DNA from: Candidatus Magasanikbacteria bacterium RIFOXYB2_FULL_38_10
GTDB taxonomy: Bacteria > Patescibacteriota > Patescibacteriia > Magasanikbacterales > UBA10003
DNA length: 64,000 bases
Direction: 5' to 3'
NCBI GenBank assembly: GCA_001783145.1
Contig: MFQT01000017.1
Coordinates: 30,119-94,118 of the forward strand
Part shown: piece after piece, positions 17,268 to 27,615 of the stretch
Layout: every line of letters begins with the position of its first letter
How positions within the stretch are numbered: the first letter of the stretch is position 1
Position numbers and translations under genes: made by a program
The notes under the pieces: model-generated
What the model was told of the DNA's origin: nothing
The model's input: the letters and a program-made list of their open reading frames with translations, nothing else
Databases searched by the model: none

Positions 17268-17656
17268 TAAAGTTTGGAAGGTTTGCTTCATTATCAGTTT
17301 AAATTATATGCTTTAGATGCTATACTTGACTTGCCTATTACAACAATTAAAGAAGACCTGGAGAAAAGTATGCAAGCTCATATTTTAGATCAAGCGACAT
17401 TGATGGGGGTGTATCAAAGATAATTTATTTAATTAAAATTTATCAATATGAATAAAAAGATGAAATTAGCCCAAAGAAAGCACGCCAAACGTTCTGGCAA
17501 AAAAATTTCTTTAAGAAATCGATAAAAATTGGCGGACTTTTACGCTAAGAAAATGGCTAAAAATAAAAAAATAAATTGGCTTAATTTTTTTCTCAGCTAG
17601 GATAGGGAGTAATCATAGGCGCTCCCGATCTTATTTTGTTTCAATTTTAAATTAAT

Positions 17657-18994
17657 ATGCCAAAAAGAAAAAACAATCATCCTTGGGTTGTCACAGTAGA
17701 TATGGGTTATGGACATCAAAGAGCCGCTTATCCTTTAGTCGGTGAATCTTTTCGCGGGATAATTAATGCCAATAATTATAAAGGAATTCCGGAAGCGGAT
17801 AAAAAAATTTGGGAAACCACCCGTCATTTTTATGAATTTATATCTCGTTTAACTAAGGTACCCCTGGTGGGTCAGCCCATTTTTGATCTTTATGATAAAT
17901 TGCAAAGCATCCCCGATTTTTATCCCAAGAGAGATTTATCTGAACCGAGTTTGCAATTGAGGGAGATAGAATTTATGATTAAACATAAAAATTGGGGCAA
18001 AGATTTAATTGATAAATTAAATAAAAATCCACGTCCTTTGGTGACTAGTTTTTTTGCCGTGGCTTTTATGGCCGAACATTATAATTATCAAGGAGAGATT
18101 TATTGCATAATTTGTGATGCTGATATTGCCAGAGTTTGGGTTGATTATAAAGCTAAGGAAAGTCGTATTAATTATTTTGCCCCGTGTTATCGCGTAGTGG
18201 AGCGGTTAAAGCTTTACGGTGTAAAACCCGAAAGAATTTTTTTAACCGGCTTTCCTTTGCCGGCAGAAAATTTAGGCGGTCCGCAATTGAAGGTTTTAAA
18301 ACATGATTTAAGTCATCGTCTAATTAATTTGGATCCGCGTGGGCGTTATTTTTGGCGTTATGGGCAAACCGTGGTTAAGCATCTTGGACTAACTAATTTT
18401 CATGCGCGGCCGGATCATCCTTTAACCTTAACTTTTGCTGTGGGTGGAGCGGGCGCTCAAAGAGAAATTGCCAGTCAAATCGTGAAGAGTTTAAGGGAAA
18501 AAATTTCTTCTGGGAAAATAGTTGTTAATTTGGTGGCCGGTACTCATTCTACTGTTAAAAAATATTTTGGAGAGATCATTAAAGATAATAAATTAGAGGG
18601 AGAAAAAGGAATAAAAATTTTATATTCTACTAACAAATCAAATTATTTTAAAGAATTTAGCAAATGCATGAGAAAGACTGATGTTTTATGGACTAAACCA
18701 AGCGAATTAAGTTTTTATCCGGCTCTAGGTATTCCCATTATTATGGCTCCGCCCATTGGCTCCCAAGAAAAATTTAATCGTCTGTGGTTAAAAACCATTG
18801 GCGCAGGCATTTCTCAAAATAATCCCAAGTACACCGATGAATGGCTTTTTGATTGGGTTGAGTCCGGTTGGCTGGCGCAGGCGGCTATGCGAGGTTTTTT
18901 GGAGATGCCACGGCTGGGAACTTATAATATTGAAAAGATTTTGGCTAAAAAACCAGAGGAGATGGAAGAGGTGCGTACGGTTATGCAGTACTAG
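17657..18994 (+). CDS. glycosyltransferase, MGDG-synthase/UgtP-like (GT28-type N-terminal domain)
   Basis: N-terminal VVTVDMGYGHQRAAYPL resembles the G-x-GH-x-x-A-A loop of MGDG synthase/UgtP-type diacylglycerol glycosyltransferases. About 445 aa with a two-Rossmann-domain architecture. Confidence 0.4.
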   Translation: MPKRKNNHPWVVTVDMGYGHQRAAYPLVGESFRGIINANNYKGIPEADKKIWETTRHFYEFISRLTKVPLVGQPIFDLYDKLQSIPDFYPKRDLSEPSLQLREIEFMIKHKNWGKDLIDKLNKNPRPLVTSFFAVAFMAEHYNYQGEIYCIICDADIARVWVDYKAKESRINYFAPCYRVVERLKLYGVKPERIFLTGFPLPAENLGGPQLKVLKHDLSHRLINLDPRGRYFWRYGQTVVKHLGLTNFHARPDHPLTLTFAVGGAGAQREIASQIVKSLREKISSGKIVVNLVAGTHSTVKKYFGEIIKDNKLEGEKGIKILYSTNKSNYFKEFSKCMRKTDVLWTKPSELSFYPALGIPIIMAPPIGSQEKFNRLWLKTIGAGISQNNPKYTDEWLFDWVESGWLAQAAMRGFLEMPRLGTYNIEKILAKKPEEMEEVRTVMQY

Positions 18995-19038
18995 AGTCTG
19001 TTGCCAAACGTTTAATTTTATTGTATATTTATTAGACT

Positions 19039-19626
19039 ATGTTAAATGAAATAGTAATTGATATTGAAACACAAAATACTTTTTTGGATGTTGGCCAGGG
19101 TAATCATGACAAGTTAAAAGTTTCTTTGGTCTGTGTTTATAATTACGCCGATGATAAATTTTCTGCTTTTAAAGAAGCGGAATTAATTAATTTGTGGCCG
19201 TTATTGGAAAAGGCAGACAGAATAATCGGGTATAACAGCCGTTATTTTGATCTTCCGGTGTTGAATAATTATTATCCCGGCGATTTAAACAAATTTCCTC
19301 AATTAGATATGTTGGAGGAAATAAAAAAAGTTTTAGGATTTCGTTTAAAACTTAATGATTTGGCTAAAGCAACTTTGGGGTTGGCCAAAAGCGGCAACGG
19401 GTTAGAAGCGGTAGACTGGTTTAAAAAAGGGGAGTGGGAAAAAATAGAAAAATATTGTTTGGATGACGTTAAGATTACAAGAAATCTTTATGAATATGGT
19501 AAAAATAATAAACAATTATTTTATCCCGATTTGCAAAGCCAAACCAAACGTCCTTTTCCAGTAAATTTTTCTGTTCCCGAATCTTTGGCAGGATCAAATG
19601 CTGTTAATTTAACCTTACCTTTTTAA
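19039..19626 (+). CDS. RNase H-like superfamily 3'-5' exonuclease (DEDD-type, PolB-exo-like)
   Basis: Acidic motifs IDIET (Exo I), YNSRYFDLPVL (Exo II-like) and YCLDDVKITRNLY (Exo III, YxxxD). Confidence 0.5.
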   Translation: MLNEIVIDIETQNTFLDVGQGNHDKLKVSLVCVYNYADDKFSAFKEAELINLWPLLEKADRIIGYNSRYFDLPVLNNYYPGDLNKFPQLDMLEEIKKVLGFRLKLNDLAKATLGLAKSGNGLEAVDWFKKGEWEKIEKYCLDDVKITRNLYEYGKNNKQLFYPDLQSQTKRPFPVNFSVPESLAGSNAVNLTLPF

Positions 19627-19639
19627 AGTGTTTGAATTT

Positions 19640-20902
19640 ATGCTTAAACAAATTTATTTAGATCATGCCGCCACAACTTATGTGGATGAAAGAGTAGCTA
19701 AAAAAATGCTGCCTTTTTTTACCAAAGAATTTGGCAATCCTTCCTCCCTGTATGCTTTGGGACGTCGGGCTAATTTAGCTGTTTCTGTTGCCAGAAAGGA
19801 TGTGGCCGTCATTTTAGGTTGTAATCCCTTAGAAATTATTTTTACCGGTGGAGGCACAGAATCAGACAATTTGGCAATCTTGGGAGCGGCGCGAGCCAAT
19901 AAATCTTTTGGTAATCATATTGTCACTTTAAAAATAGAGCATCATGCTGTTTTATATGCCTGTGGGCAATTGGAAAAAGAGGGTTTTGTTGTTACTTATC
20001 TTCCTGTAGACGAATTTGGTTTAGTGACACCAGAAAAAATTATCGCCGCCATTAAACCGGAAACAATTTTAGTGACCATAATGTATGCCAATAATGAAAT
20101 AGGCACCATTGAGCCGATTGCGGAAATTGGCAGGGCGATAAAAAAGTATAATGAAATTCATAGAAAAGGTAAATCACCGGTATTGTTTCACACCGACGCT
20201 TGCCAGGCGGCCGGAACTTTGGATTTGGATGTAAATAGGTTGCATGTTGATTTTTTGACTTTGAATGCCAGTAAAATTTATGGGCCCAAAGGTGTGGGAG
20301 TTTTATATAAAAAGAAGGGTTTTAAAATACAGCCCTTAGTTTTTGGCGGAGGACAAGAATTTGGATTAAGGTCAGGCACGGAGAATGTGGCTGGAATCGT
20401 GGGGCTCTCTGAGGCTTTAAAATTGGCGCAAGACAATAAAGAAAAAGAAAATAAACGTTTGACAGATTTGCGCGATTATCTTTGGAAAGGTTTGAGCAAA
20501 AAAATTTCCAAATTAAAATTAAATGGTCATCCTCTTAAAAGATTGCCAAATAATTTAAATTTAAGTATTTTGGATATTGAGGGTGAGGCCATGCTTTTGT
20601 ATTTAGATGAAATTGGGGTACAAGCGGCCACCGGTTCGGCTTGCAATTCCGAATCCCTTGAGCCTTCCTATGTGCTTTTGGCCATTGGCTTGCCTTACGA
20701 ATTTGCCCACGGTTCTTTGCGTTTTACTTTGGGCCATTGCAACACCAAAGCCGAGATGGATTTTTTAATTAAAAATTTACCCCCCATTGTAGAGAAATTA
20801 AGAGAAATGTCTCCGGTGAGGTTAAATTTAAAAGAGGAAAAAACAAGAAAACACCCTGAGTATAAAAGGGCGTGTTGTGTAATTGTACCTAATAAAAAAT
20901 GA
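19640..20902 (+). CDS. nifS: cysteine desulfurase (NifS/IscS, class V aminotransferase)
   Basis: LDHAATT N-terminus, the PLP-lysine region LNASKIYGPKG and C-terminal GSACNS. It is followed by nifU. ATG at 19640 (the track start at 19628 is GTG). Confidence 0.85.
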   Translation: MLKQIYLDHAATTYVDERVAKKMLPFFTKEFGNPSSLYALGRRANLAVSVARKDVAVILGCNPLEIIFTGGGTESDNLAILGAARANKSFGNHIVTLKIEHHAVLYACGQLEKEGFVVTYLPVDEFGLVTPEKIIAAIKPETILVTIMYANNEIGTIEPIAEIGRAIKKYNEIHRKGKSPVLFHTDACQAAGTLDLDVNRLHVDFLTLNASKIYGPKGVGVLYKKKGFKIQPLVFGGGQEFGLRSGTENVAGIVGLSEALKLAQDNKEKENKRLTDLRDYLWKGLSKKISKLKLNGHPLKRLPNNLNLSILDIEGEAMLLYLDEIGVQAATGSACNSESLEPSYVLLAIGLPYEFAHGSLRFTLGHCNTKAEMDFLIKNLPPIVEKLREMSPVRLNLKEEKTRKHPEYKRACCVIVPNKK

Positions 20903-20908
20903 ACTAAT

Positions 20909-21565
20909 ATGTCTAATCAACCAACAACTGATGGATTTTCCTCGGCGGGAGGAACTTGGTTTTATACTGATAAGGTAAAAGACCACTTTTTTAATCCGCG
21001 CAATTTTATGAAAACTGATGAGGAGGATAAGTTTAAGGCCGACGGAGTGGGACGCGTGGGTTCTCCTGCTTGCGGCGATGAAATGGTTTTATGGATTAAA
21101 ATTGATACCAAAGAAGATAAGATACAAGAATGTCGATGGCGTACCTTTGGCTGTGGCAGCGCTATTGCTTCCACCTCTGTTTTAAGTGAAATGATTACGG
21201 AAAATGGCGGCATGAAAATTGAAAAGGCCTTGAAAATTAGACCTCAAGATATTATGGAAAGACTCGGGGGTCTTCCGGCGCGTAAAGTACACTGTTCGGT
21301 TTTAGGAGATAAGGCTTTGAGGGCCGCTATTAACGATTATTTTCATAAATCTGGACAGCATGAACGCGTAATAATAGAAGGTGGTCGCATAATTGATCCA
21401 GAATTAAAGATTACCGATCAAGATATTGAACAAGCCGTGTTGGACGGGGCCACAACTTTAGAAGAAGTGCAAAAAAAATTAAAGGTAGGTATTGGTAATC
21501 CGGAAACCCTTCCCGCTATTGAAGAGCTAATTAGATTTTATAAAGAAAAATATTTTGGAGCCTAA
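20909..21565 (+). CDS. nifU: Fe-S cluster assembly scaffold protein NifU/IscU-like
   Basis: Three conserved cysteines in GSPACGDEM, FGCGSAIAS and HCSVLGDKAL (IscU fold), plus a C-terminal extension. Confidence 0.8.
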   Translation: MSNQPTTDGFSSAGGTWFYTDKVKDHFFNPRNFMKTDEEDKFKADGVGRVGSPACGDEMVLWIKIDTKEDKIQECRWRTFGCGSAIASTSVLSEMITENGGMKIEKALKIRPQDIMERLGGLPARKVHCSVLGDKALRAAINDYFHKSGQHERVIIEGGRIIDPELKITDQDIEQAVLDGATTLEEVQKKLKVGIGNPETLPAIEELIRFYKEKYFGA

Positions 21566-21582
21566 AAATTATCATTAAATTT

Positions 21583-21771
21583 ATGAAACCAGTTGTAGAT
21601 AAAGATAAATGTATTGGTTGCGGGGTTTGCATCGCACTTTGCCCTACGTCTTTTAAATGGGATGAGAGTGGAGTTAAGGCTGAGTCAGTAAATGCTTCGG
21701 GAGACACAGAAGAAATGATTAAAGGGGCAACGGAAGCATGTCCTGTGCAGGCAATTAGTTTGGGAGAGTAA
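21583..21771 (+). CDS. 4Fe-4S ferredoxin
   Basis: CIGCGVCIALCP cluster-binding motif in a 62-aa protein. Confidence 0.75.
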   Translation: MKPVVDKDKCIGCGVCIALCPTSFKWDESGVKAESVNASGDTEEMIKGATEACPVQAISLGE

Positions 21772-21826
21772 AAACTATCTTAATTCGTTTGCTTTTAAGC
21801 CAATTTTAAGATATAATAATACCGCT

Positions 21827-22504
21827 ATGAATAGCGGCATTTTATATATAGTGGCTACTCCCATTGGCAACTTAAAAGATGTTACGGCGCGCGCTTTGGA
21901 AACACTTAAGGATGTTGATTATATTCTTTGTGAAGACACGCGTGATTCGCAAAAACTTTTAAGTCCTTTTGGTATTACTACCAAAACTTTAAGTTTGCAC
22001 CAGCACAGTCCGGAAAAAAGATTTAAAGAAGTTTTGGGTTTATTGGAGAACGGAAAAAATTTGGCTTTAATAACCGATGCCGGGACACCCGGAATCAGCG
22101 ATCCGGGTAATTTATTGATTGATTTTTTAATTAAAAATAATTCAGATCTTAAAATTGTCCCCATGCCAGGTCCATCTGCGCTTATTGCCGCTTTATCTAT
22201 CTCTGGTTTTTCAACGGATAAATTTTATTTTGCCGGTTTTCCCCCTTTGAAAAATAAACGTGAAAAATTTTTTAAAGAATTGGCTGTAATTAAGAATACG
22301 ATCGTTTTGTATGAATCAACTCATCGTATTTTAAGAACTTTAGAAGACATTAAAAATAATTTTGAATCCAATAAAAAAATTGTGGTTTGCCGCGAATTAA
22401 CTAAACAATTTGAAACTATCTATCGCGCGACTGTTGTCAACATTGCAGATTTATTGAATGCGGGTTCTCTTAAAGGAGAATTTGTCGTTGTGATAGAAAA
22501 TTAA
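21827..22504 (+). CDS. rsmI: 16S rRNA (cytidine1402-2'-O)-methyltransferase
   Basis: LYIVATPIGNLKD ... ILCEDTR N-terminal signature of RsmI (tetrapyrrole methylase fold). Confidence 0.8.
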   Translation: MNSGILYIVATPIGNLKDVTARALETLKDVDYILCEDTRDSQKLLSPFGITTKTLSLHQHSPEKRFKEVLGLLENGKNLALITDAGTPGISDPGNLLIDFLIKNNSDLKIVPMPGPSALIAALSISGFSTDKFYFAGFPPLKNKREKFFKELAVIKNTIVLYESTHRILRTLEDIKNNFESNKKIVVCRELTKQFETIYRATVVNIADLLNAGSLKGEFVVVIEN

Positions 22505-22515
22505 AAAATTGAATT

Positions 22516-24033
22516 ATGGAAAAATTTTACCTCACTACTCCTATTTATTATGTTAACGGTTTGCCGCACATTGGCCATGCTTACACAACTTTAACCGCCG
22601 ATACGATTGCTCGCTACCGCCGTTTAAAAGGCGATGAAGTTTTGTTTGTGACAGGTACAGATGAAAATAGCCAGAAAAATTGGGAAGCGGCTAAAGCCAA
22701 AGGCGAGGATGATTTGCCAAAGTATTTAGATGAGATGAGTGCTCGTTGGAGAGAAACTTGGGATGAATTGGATATTACTAATGATTATTTTATTCGCACT
22801 ACGGAAGAACGGCATCACAGGGCTGTTAAAATTTTTTTTGATAAAGTAAATGCTCGCGGCGATATTTACAAAGGCACTTATGAAGGTTTGTATTGTGATG
22901 CTTGCGAAGCTTTTTGGACAGAAAAAGATTTGGTAGACGGCAAGTGCCCCTATCATTTAAAAGAGCCGCGCAAAATCAGCGAGGAAAATTATTTTTTTCG
23001 TCTAACCAATTATCGCCAGGCGCTTTTAAAACATATAGAGGACAATCCTAATTTTATCCGTCCGGAAAAAAGAAGAGCCGAGGTTGTTAATTACATCAAT
23101 AATTTAAACGACATCAGTATTTCTAGGCCTAATTTAAAATGCGGTATTCCTTTTCCCTTGGATAAAACTCATGGCATTTATGTTTGGTTTGATGCTTTAA
23201 TAAATTATTTAACCGCAGCCGGTTATGGGCAGGATGAAGAAATGTTTAAAAAGTGGTGGCCGGCGGATTTGCATTTAATGGCAAAGGATATCCTAAAATT
23301 TCACGCTGTCATTTGGCCGGCTATGTTGTTATCCGCCGAGTTACCCTTGCCCACGACAGTGTATGCTCATGGTTTTTTTACTGTTAATGGAGAAAAAATG
23401 AGCAAATCCTTGGGTAATGTAATTGATCCTGTGGAGCTGTCTAAAATTTATCCTTTAGACGCCATCCGCTATTTTCTTTTGCGTGAAATTAAATTTGGCG
23501 AAGATGGCGATTTTTCTTTGGTGCATTTAAAGGAACACTATAATAATGATTTAGCCAATGTTTTTGGAAATCTTTTACATCGCACTCTTTCCATGACGGA
23601 AAAATATTTTGCCGGAGTAGTGCCAGAGCCCAGTGTTGCAGCTGAAGGGCTGGATCAGTTATGTGAAATTGATGTCTGGAATAATTTTGAAAAAAAGATG
23701 AATAATTATGCTTTTGATGAGGCGCTAGATGAAATTTGGAAAGTAGTTGACGAATCCAATCGGCTTATAGAAAAACAAAAGCCCTGGGATTTGGCCAAAA
23801 CAGATGAAAAAAAATTAAAAGATGTGATGTATAATTTACTGGAGTCCTTGCGGCAAATTGGCTGGCTTTTATTGACAATAATGCCTGAAACAGCGGAGAA
23901 AGTTTGGTTGCAATTAGGTTTAGACCCACTTAAAGAAAAAGAAAAAACTTTAATCAAGGCTAAAATTTGGGGCGGTTTGCCAGTTGGCACAAAAATTCAA
24001 AAAGGCGAACCAATTTTTCCCAGGATGTTATAA
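22516..24033 (+). CDS. metG: methionine--tRNA ligase
   Basis: HIGH motif (PHIGHAY), zinc knuckle CDACEAF...CPYH and KMSKS. Confidence 0.9.
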   Translation: MEKFYLTTPIYYVNGLPHIGHAYTTLTADTIARYRRLKGDEVLFVTGTDENSQKNWEAAKAKGEDDLPKYLDEMSARWRETWDELDITNDYFIRTTEERHHRAVKIFFDKVNARGDIYKGTYEGLYCDACEAFWTEKDLVDGKCPYHLKEPRKISEENYFFRLTNYRQALLKHIEDNPNFIRPEKRRAEVVNYINNLNDISISRPNLKCGIPFPLDKTHGIYVWFDALINYLTAAGYGQDEEMFKKWWPADLHLMAKDILKFHAVIWPAMLLSAELPLPTTVYAHGFFTVNGEKMSKSLGNVIDPVELSKIYPLDAIRYFLLREIKFGEDGDFSLVHLKEHYNNDLANVFGNLLHRTLSMTEKYFAGVVPEPSVAAEGLDQLCEIDVWNNFEKKMNNYAFDEALDEIWKVVDESNRLIEKQKPWDLAKTDEKKLKDVMYNLLESLRQIGWLLLTIMPETAEKVWLQLGLDPLKEKEKTLIKAKIWGGLPVGTKIQKGEPIFPRML

Positions 24034-24061
24034 TTTTAAAAATTAAAATTTATAAATTTAT

Positions 24062-24574
24062 ATGTCCCACTTAGATATTATTCTACTAATAATTTTGGGC
24101 GGGTTTACCTTGTTTGGTTTGTGGTTTGGTTTTATTCATACCTTAGGTGCCTTGATAGGAACTTTTGTGGGTGCTTTTTTAAGCAGTCATTTTTACGAGC
24201 CTATTGCCAGTTGGGTATGGTCAATGACCGGTGGCAATTCCAATTTGGTTAAATTCATAGTTTTTATTTTACTTTTCTTTATTGCCAATCGTTTGGTGGG
24301 TTTTGTTTTTTGGCTCATTGAAAAGATATTTAATGTAATAAAGATTATTCCGTTTTTAAGTACTATCAATAGATTGTTAGGGGGAATTTTAGGATTAGCC
24401 GAGGGAGTTTTGTCTTTAGGGTTATTTTTATTTTTTATCAGCAAATTTCCTTTTAGCGAATGGCTGTCCGCTTCTTTAGCGGGATCCAATGTAGCTACAT
24501 CGCTTATTAAAATTTCCAGCATTCTTTGGCCGCTGTTGCCGGCGGCTTTAAAACAAATTCAGAGTATTTTGTAA
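24062..24574 (+). CDS. CvpA family membrane protein
   Basis: Small 4-TM protein with a CvpA-like N-terminus (DIILLIILGGFTLFGLWFGFI). Confidence 0.55.
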   Translation: MSHLDIILLIILGGFTLFGLWFGFIHTLGALIGTFVGAFLSSHFYEPIASWVWSMTGGNSNLVKFIVFILLFFIANRLVGFVFWLIEKIFNVIKIIPFLSTINRLLGGILGLAEGVLSLGLFLFFISKFPFSEWLSASLAGSNVATSLIKISSILWPLLPAALKQIQSIL

Positions 24575-24593
24575 CAAAGAAAATTTAATCAAT

Positions 24594-25445
24594 ATGATTT
24601 TTGATTCTCATTGTCATGTTCAATTTAATGCTTATAAAGGAGAAACCGATGAAATAATCAAGCGCACTTTAGCGGAAGATGTTTGGATGTTAGTGGTTGG
24701 TTCACAAAAAAGCACCAGTGAAAGAGCTGTGGAGTTCGCTAATAATTATGATACAGGAGTTTGGGCGGCGATTGGCTTGCATCCTGTCCACTTAACTGAA
24801 CAAGAGATAGATGAAGAAGAGATAAGTTTTACTAGCCGTCAAGAAATTTTTTATTTTGCTGAATATTTTAAATTGGGCCAAAATAAAAAAGTGGTGGCTG
24901 TTGGCGAAGTGGGTTTGGAATATTTTCATCAACCCAAAAATACCACTCAAGACGAATTGCGCAATCTTCAGGCAAAAAATTTTATTGAACATTGCCGCTT
25001 GGCCGATGAATTAAATTTGCCAATAATTATTCATTGCCGCGACGCTCATGCTGATCAAATTAAATTGGTACAAGAAATTATTAATAAAGGTGGATTAAAA
25101 AATAGGGGAGTAGTGCACTGCTTTACCGGCAATTGGTTAGAAGCCAAAGCTTATTTAGATTTGGGCTTTTATCTGGGGTTTACCGGGGTTATTAATTTTC
25201 CACCTAAAAAAACCAACCCTCAGCCAAGTTTAGATCTTTTGGAAGTTGTTAAAAATACACCTTTAGATAAAATTTTAGCGGAGACAGACTCGCCCTATTT
25301 AACGCCCCCGCCGTATCGAGGCAAACGCAATGAACCAATCTATGTTAAATTTGTGATTGAAAAAATAGCTGAAATTAAAGGAATTTCTTTTAAGGAGGCG
25401 GCGGAGGCAACATTCCAAAATACTCGTAATTTGTTTAAAGTCTAA
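24594..25445 (+). CDS. tatD: TatD family metal-dependent hydrolase (DNase)
   Basis: MIFDSHCHV start, GLHP, the VAVGEVGLEY region and ETDSPYL are TatD signatures. Confidence 0.8.
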   Translation: MIFDSHCHVQFNAYKGETDEIIKRTLAEDVWMLVVGSQKSTSERAVEFANNYDTGVWAAIGLHPVHLTEQEIDEEEISFTSRQEIFYFAEYFKLGQNKKVVAVGEVGLEYFHQPKNTTQDELRNLQAKNFIEHCRLADELNLPIIIHCRDAHADQIKLVQEIINKGGLKNRGVVHCFTGNWLEAKAYLDLGFYLGFTGVINFPPKKTNPQPSLDLLEVVKNTPLDKILAETDSPYLTPPPYRGKRNEPIYVKFVIEKIAEIKGISFKEAAEATFQNTRNLFKV

Positions 25446-25483
25446 AAATAAAAATTTATTCACAATTTAAGTTAAAAAAATAC

Positions 25484-25512
25484 TTGACTTAAATAGTTTT
25501 TTTTAGTAAAAT
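25484..25512 (+). promoter_or_regulatory. sigma70 promoter of ATP synthase operon (TTGACT - 17 nt - TAAAAT)
   Basis: TTGACT at 25484-25489, a 17-nt spacer and TAAAAT at 25507-25512, upstream of atpZ. Confidence 0.5.
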
Positions 25513-25529
25513 ACCGCCATCTTAGTTTT

Positions 25530-25787
25530 ATGATAATTCAACCGCCCAAAAAAAAATCCAGCGATCGCGCATACTATTTATTTGCTTTGCGTATTGTTGG
25601 CGATTTTGGAATCGCTATCGCCCTGCCGGCGGTTTTGGGGGCAATTTTAGGAAGATATTTGGATGAAAAATATGGTCGCTCCGCTCTCTTTACCATCTTT
25701 TGTCTAATTGTGGCATTTTTAATCACCATAAGTATTGTTTATAAAAAAGCCAAACTTTACGGTGGTGAATATCAAAAAATGAAATAA
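25530..25787 (+). CDS. atpZ: AtpZ/AtpI-type small membrane protein of F-ATPase operon
   Basis: 85-aa two-TM protein leading the atp operon. Confidence 0.55.
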   Translation: MIIQPPKKKSSDRAYYLFALRIVGDFGIAIALPAVLGAILGRYLDEKYGRSALFTIFCLIVAFLITISIVYKKAKLYGGEYQKMK

Positions 25788-25799
25788 ATCAAATTAGTT

Positions 25800-26576
25800 A
25801 TGCATATCCCGGAATTACCACCAGATATTTTATTCCATCTCGGAAACATTTCCATTACTAACACCATGATAAATGTTTGGCTGGCGATTATAATTTTTTT
25901 GATTTTAGGTCTGACATTACGCCGAAAAATATCATTACGACCGGGAAAATTACAAAATATCTGCGAATATTTCTTGGAGGTTATTTTAGATTATTTTGAT
26001 CAAGTGACGGGAGACAGAAAAAAGACAAGACGCTTTTTGCCTATTGCCGGTTCTGTCTTCTTTTTTATTTTGCTCTCTAATTGGCTGGGGTTATTGCCCG
26101 GTACCGGCAGTATTACTTGGGGTCATACTATGCTACTTCGTCCAGCCAATACCGATTTAAATTTAACCGTAGCTATGGCTCTTTCGGCAGTGGTTCTATC
26201 ACATCTTTTTGGTTTATTTACTGTTGGTGTTTTTACCCATCTAAACAAATTTATTCAAATCAAGGGTTTAATTAAAAGCTTAAAGCACGGTCCGGTGGCA
26301 ATTTTTGCCGCTTTGGTAGAAATGGTAGTGGGTGTTATAGAAATTATCAGTGAAATTGCCAAGGTTCTTTCACTTTCCTTGCGTCTTTTTGGTAATATTT
26401 TTGCCGGAGAAGTTTTAATTTCCGTCATCTCCGCTTTATTTGCAGCTATAATGCCAACTCCGTTTATGTTATTGGAATTATTGGTTGGTTTAATTCAGGC
26501 CGCGGTTTTTACCATGTTGACCTTGGTGTATTTAACAGTTATGACCACTGCGCCACACGGGGAAGAAGAGCACTAA
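25800..26576 (+). CDS. atpB: ATP synthase F0 subunit a
   Basis: Polytopic membrane protein with the conserved Arg in LSLSLRLFGNIFAGE. Operon position. Confidence 0.85.
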   Translation: MHIPELPPDILFHLGNISITNTMINVWLAIIIFLILGLTLRRKISLRPGKLQNICEYFLEVILDYFDQVTGDRKKTRRFLPIAGSVFFFILLSNWLGLLPGTGSITWGHTMLLRPANTDLNLTVAMALSAVVLSHLFGLFTVGVFTHLNKFIQIKGLIKSLKHGPVAIFAALVEMVVGVIEIISEIAKVLSLSLRLFGNIFAGEVLISVISALFAAIMPTPFMLLELLVGLIQAAVFTMLTLVYLTVMTTAPHGEEEH

Positions 26577-26668
26577 ATAAACTAATTAATTAATAAATAA
26601 TTTATAGTGATCTTTGCGAGGCTAAAATTTTTCCCCCTCGTGGAAATTACTAAGAAAGGTCAAAAAAT

Positions 26669-26890
26669 ATGGATCACGAATCAGTCGTAGCCTTAGCTAA
26701 AGCCTTTACCATGGGTATCGGTACAATTGCTCCGGCCTTGGGTATTGGTAAATTGGTGGCCAAAGCCATGGAAGCTATTGGTCGTAACCCAGAAGCATCT
26801 GGTAAAATATTTGTTCCGATGTTACTTGGCGCCGCTTTTGCGGAAGCTATTGCCATTTACGCTTTGGTGGTTGTTTTCACCTTGAAATAA
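26669..26890 (+). CDS. atpE: ATP synthase F0 subunit c
   Basis: 73-aa hairpin proteolipid, GAAFAEAIAIYALVV with the conserved carboxylate. Confidence 0.85.
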   Translation: MDHESVVALAKAFTMGIGTIAPALGIGKLVAKAMEAIGRNPEASGKIFVPMLLGAAFAEAIAIYALVVVFTLK

Positions 26891-27022
26891 TTCAAGAAGT
26901 TAGATCAGTTATAAAATTGGTCTAACTAAATGGAATTATTTGTGAAATGAGTGAGAGAAAAACAAAATTTTGTTTTTCCGAGCGAATGAGCAAATATAAT
27001 CCACTATATTTTAAAAAAAATT

Positions 27023-27598
27023 ATGAATTTTATTGATATCGCTTGGGCATCTTCAGAAGAAGAAGCCACAACGCTAGAACAAACTTCAAATTCAGGTCAA
27101 GAAAGCGTGGCCGCTTCTTTGGGTTTGAATGGCCAATTATTCGCCTTTCAGTTGCTTAATTTTGTTATTGTGGCTGTGGTTATCTGGTTTTTGATCTTGA
27201 AACCTTTAGTCAAACAATTAGAAGAGCGCCGAAAAATTATTGATGAAAGTTTGAATAAGGCCAAAAAAATTGATGAAAATATGGCGCAAAGCCAGGCTGA
27301 ATTTAGTGCTAAATTGGATGAAGCTAGAGGAGAAGCTAATAAAATCATTGAAAAAGCCGGAATTGAAGCTGATAATTTGGTTGGAGAAATAAAAATTAAA
27401 TCTAAAAAAGAAATAGAAGGATTAGTTGAGCAAGCTAAACGCAATATAAAAATCGAACAGGAAGAAATGTTACTTAGTCTTAAAGCAGAAACAGCTGAAT
27501 TGGTTGTAGCGGCAGTGGAGAAAATTTTAGAGGAAAAATTAAACGATAAAAAAGACAAAGAATTAGTTGAAAGCGCCTTAAAAGATTTGAAAAAATAG
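27023..27598 (+). CDS. atpF: ATP synthase F0 subunit b
   Basis: N-terminal TM helix followed by a long charged coiled-coil. Operon position. Confidence 0.75.
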   Translation: MNFIDIAWASSEEEATTLEQTSNSGQESVAASLGLNGQLFAFQLLNFVIVAVVIWFLILKPLVKQLEERRKIIDESLNKAKKIDENMAQSQAEFSAKLDEARGEANKIIEKAGIEADNLVGEIKIKSKKEIEGLVEQAKRNIKIEQEEMLLSLKAETAELVVAAVEKILEEKLNDKKDKELVESALKDLKK

Positions 27599-27615
27599 TC
27601 AGCAGTGATTTATTT

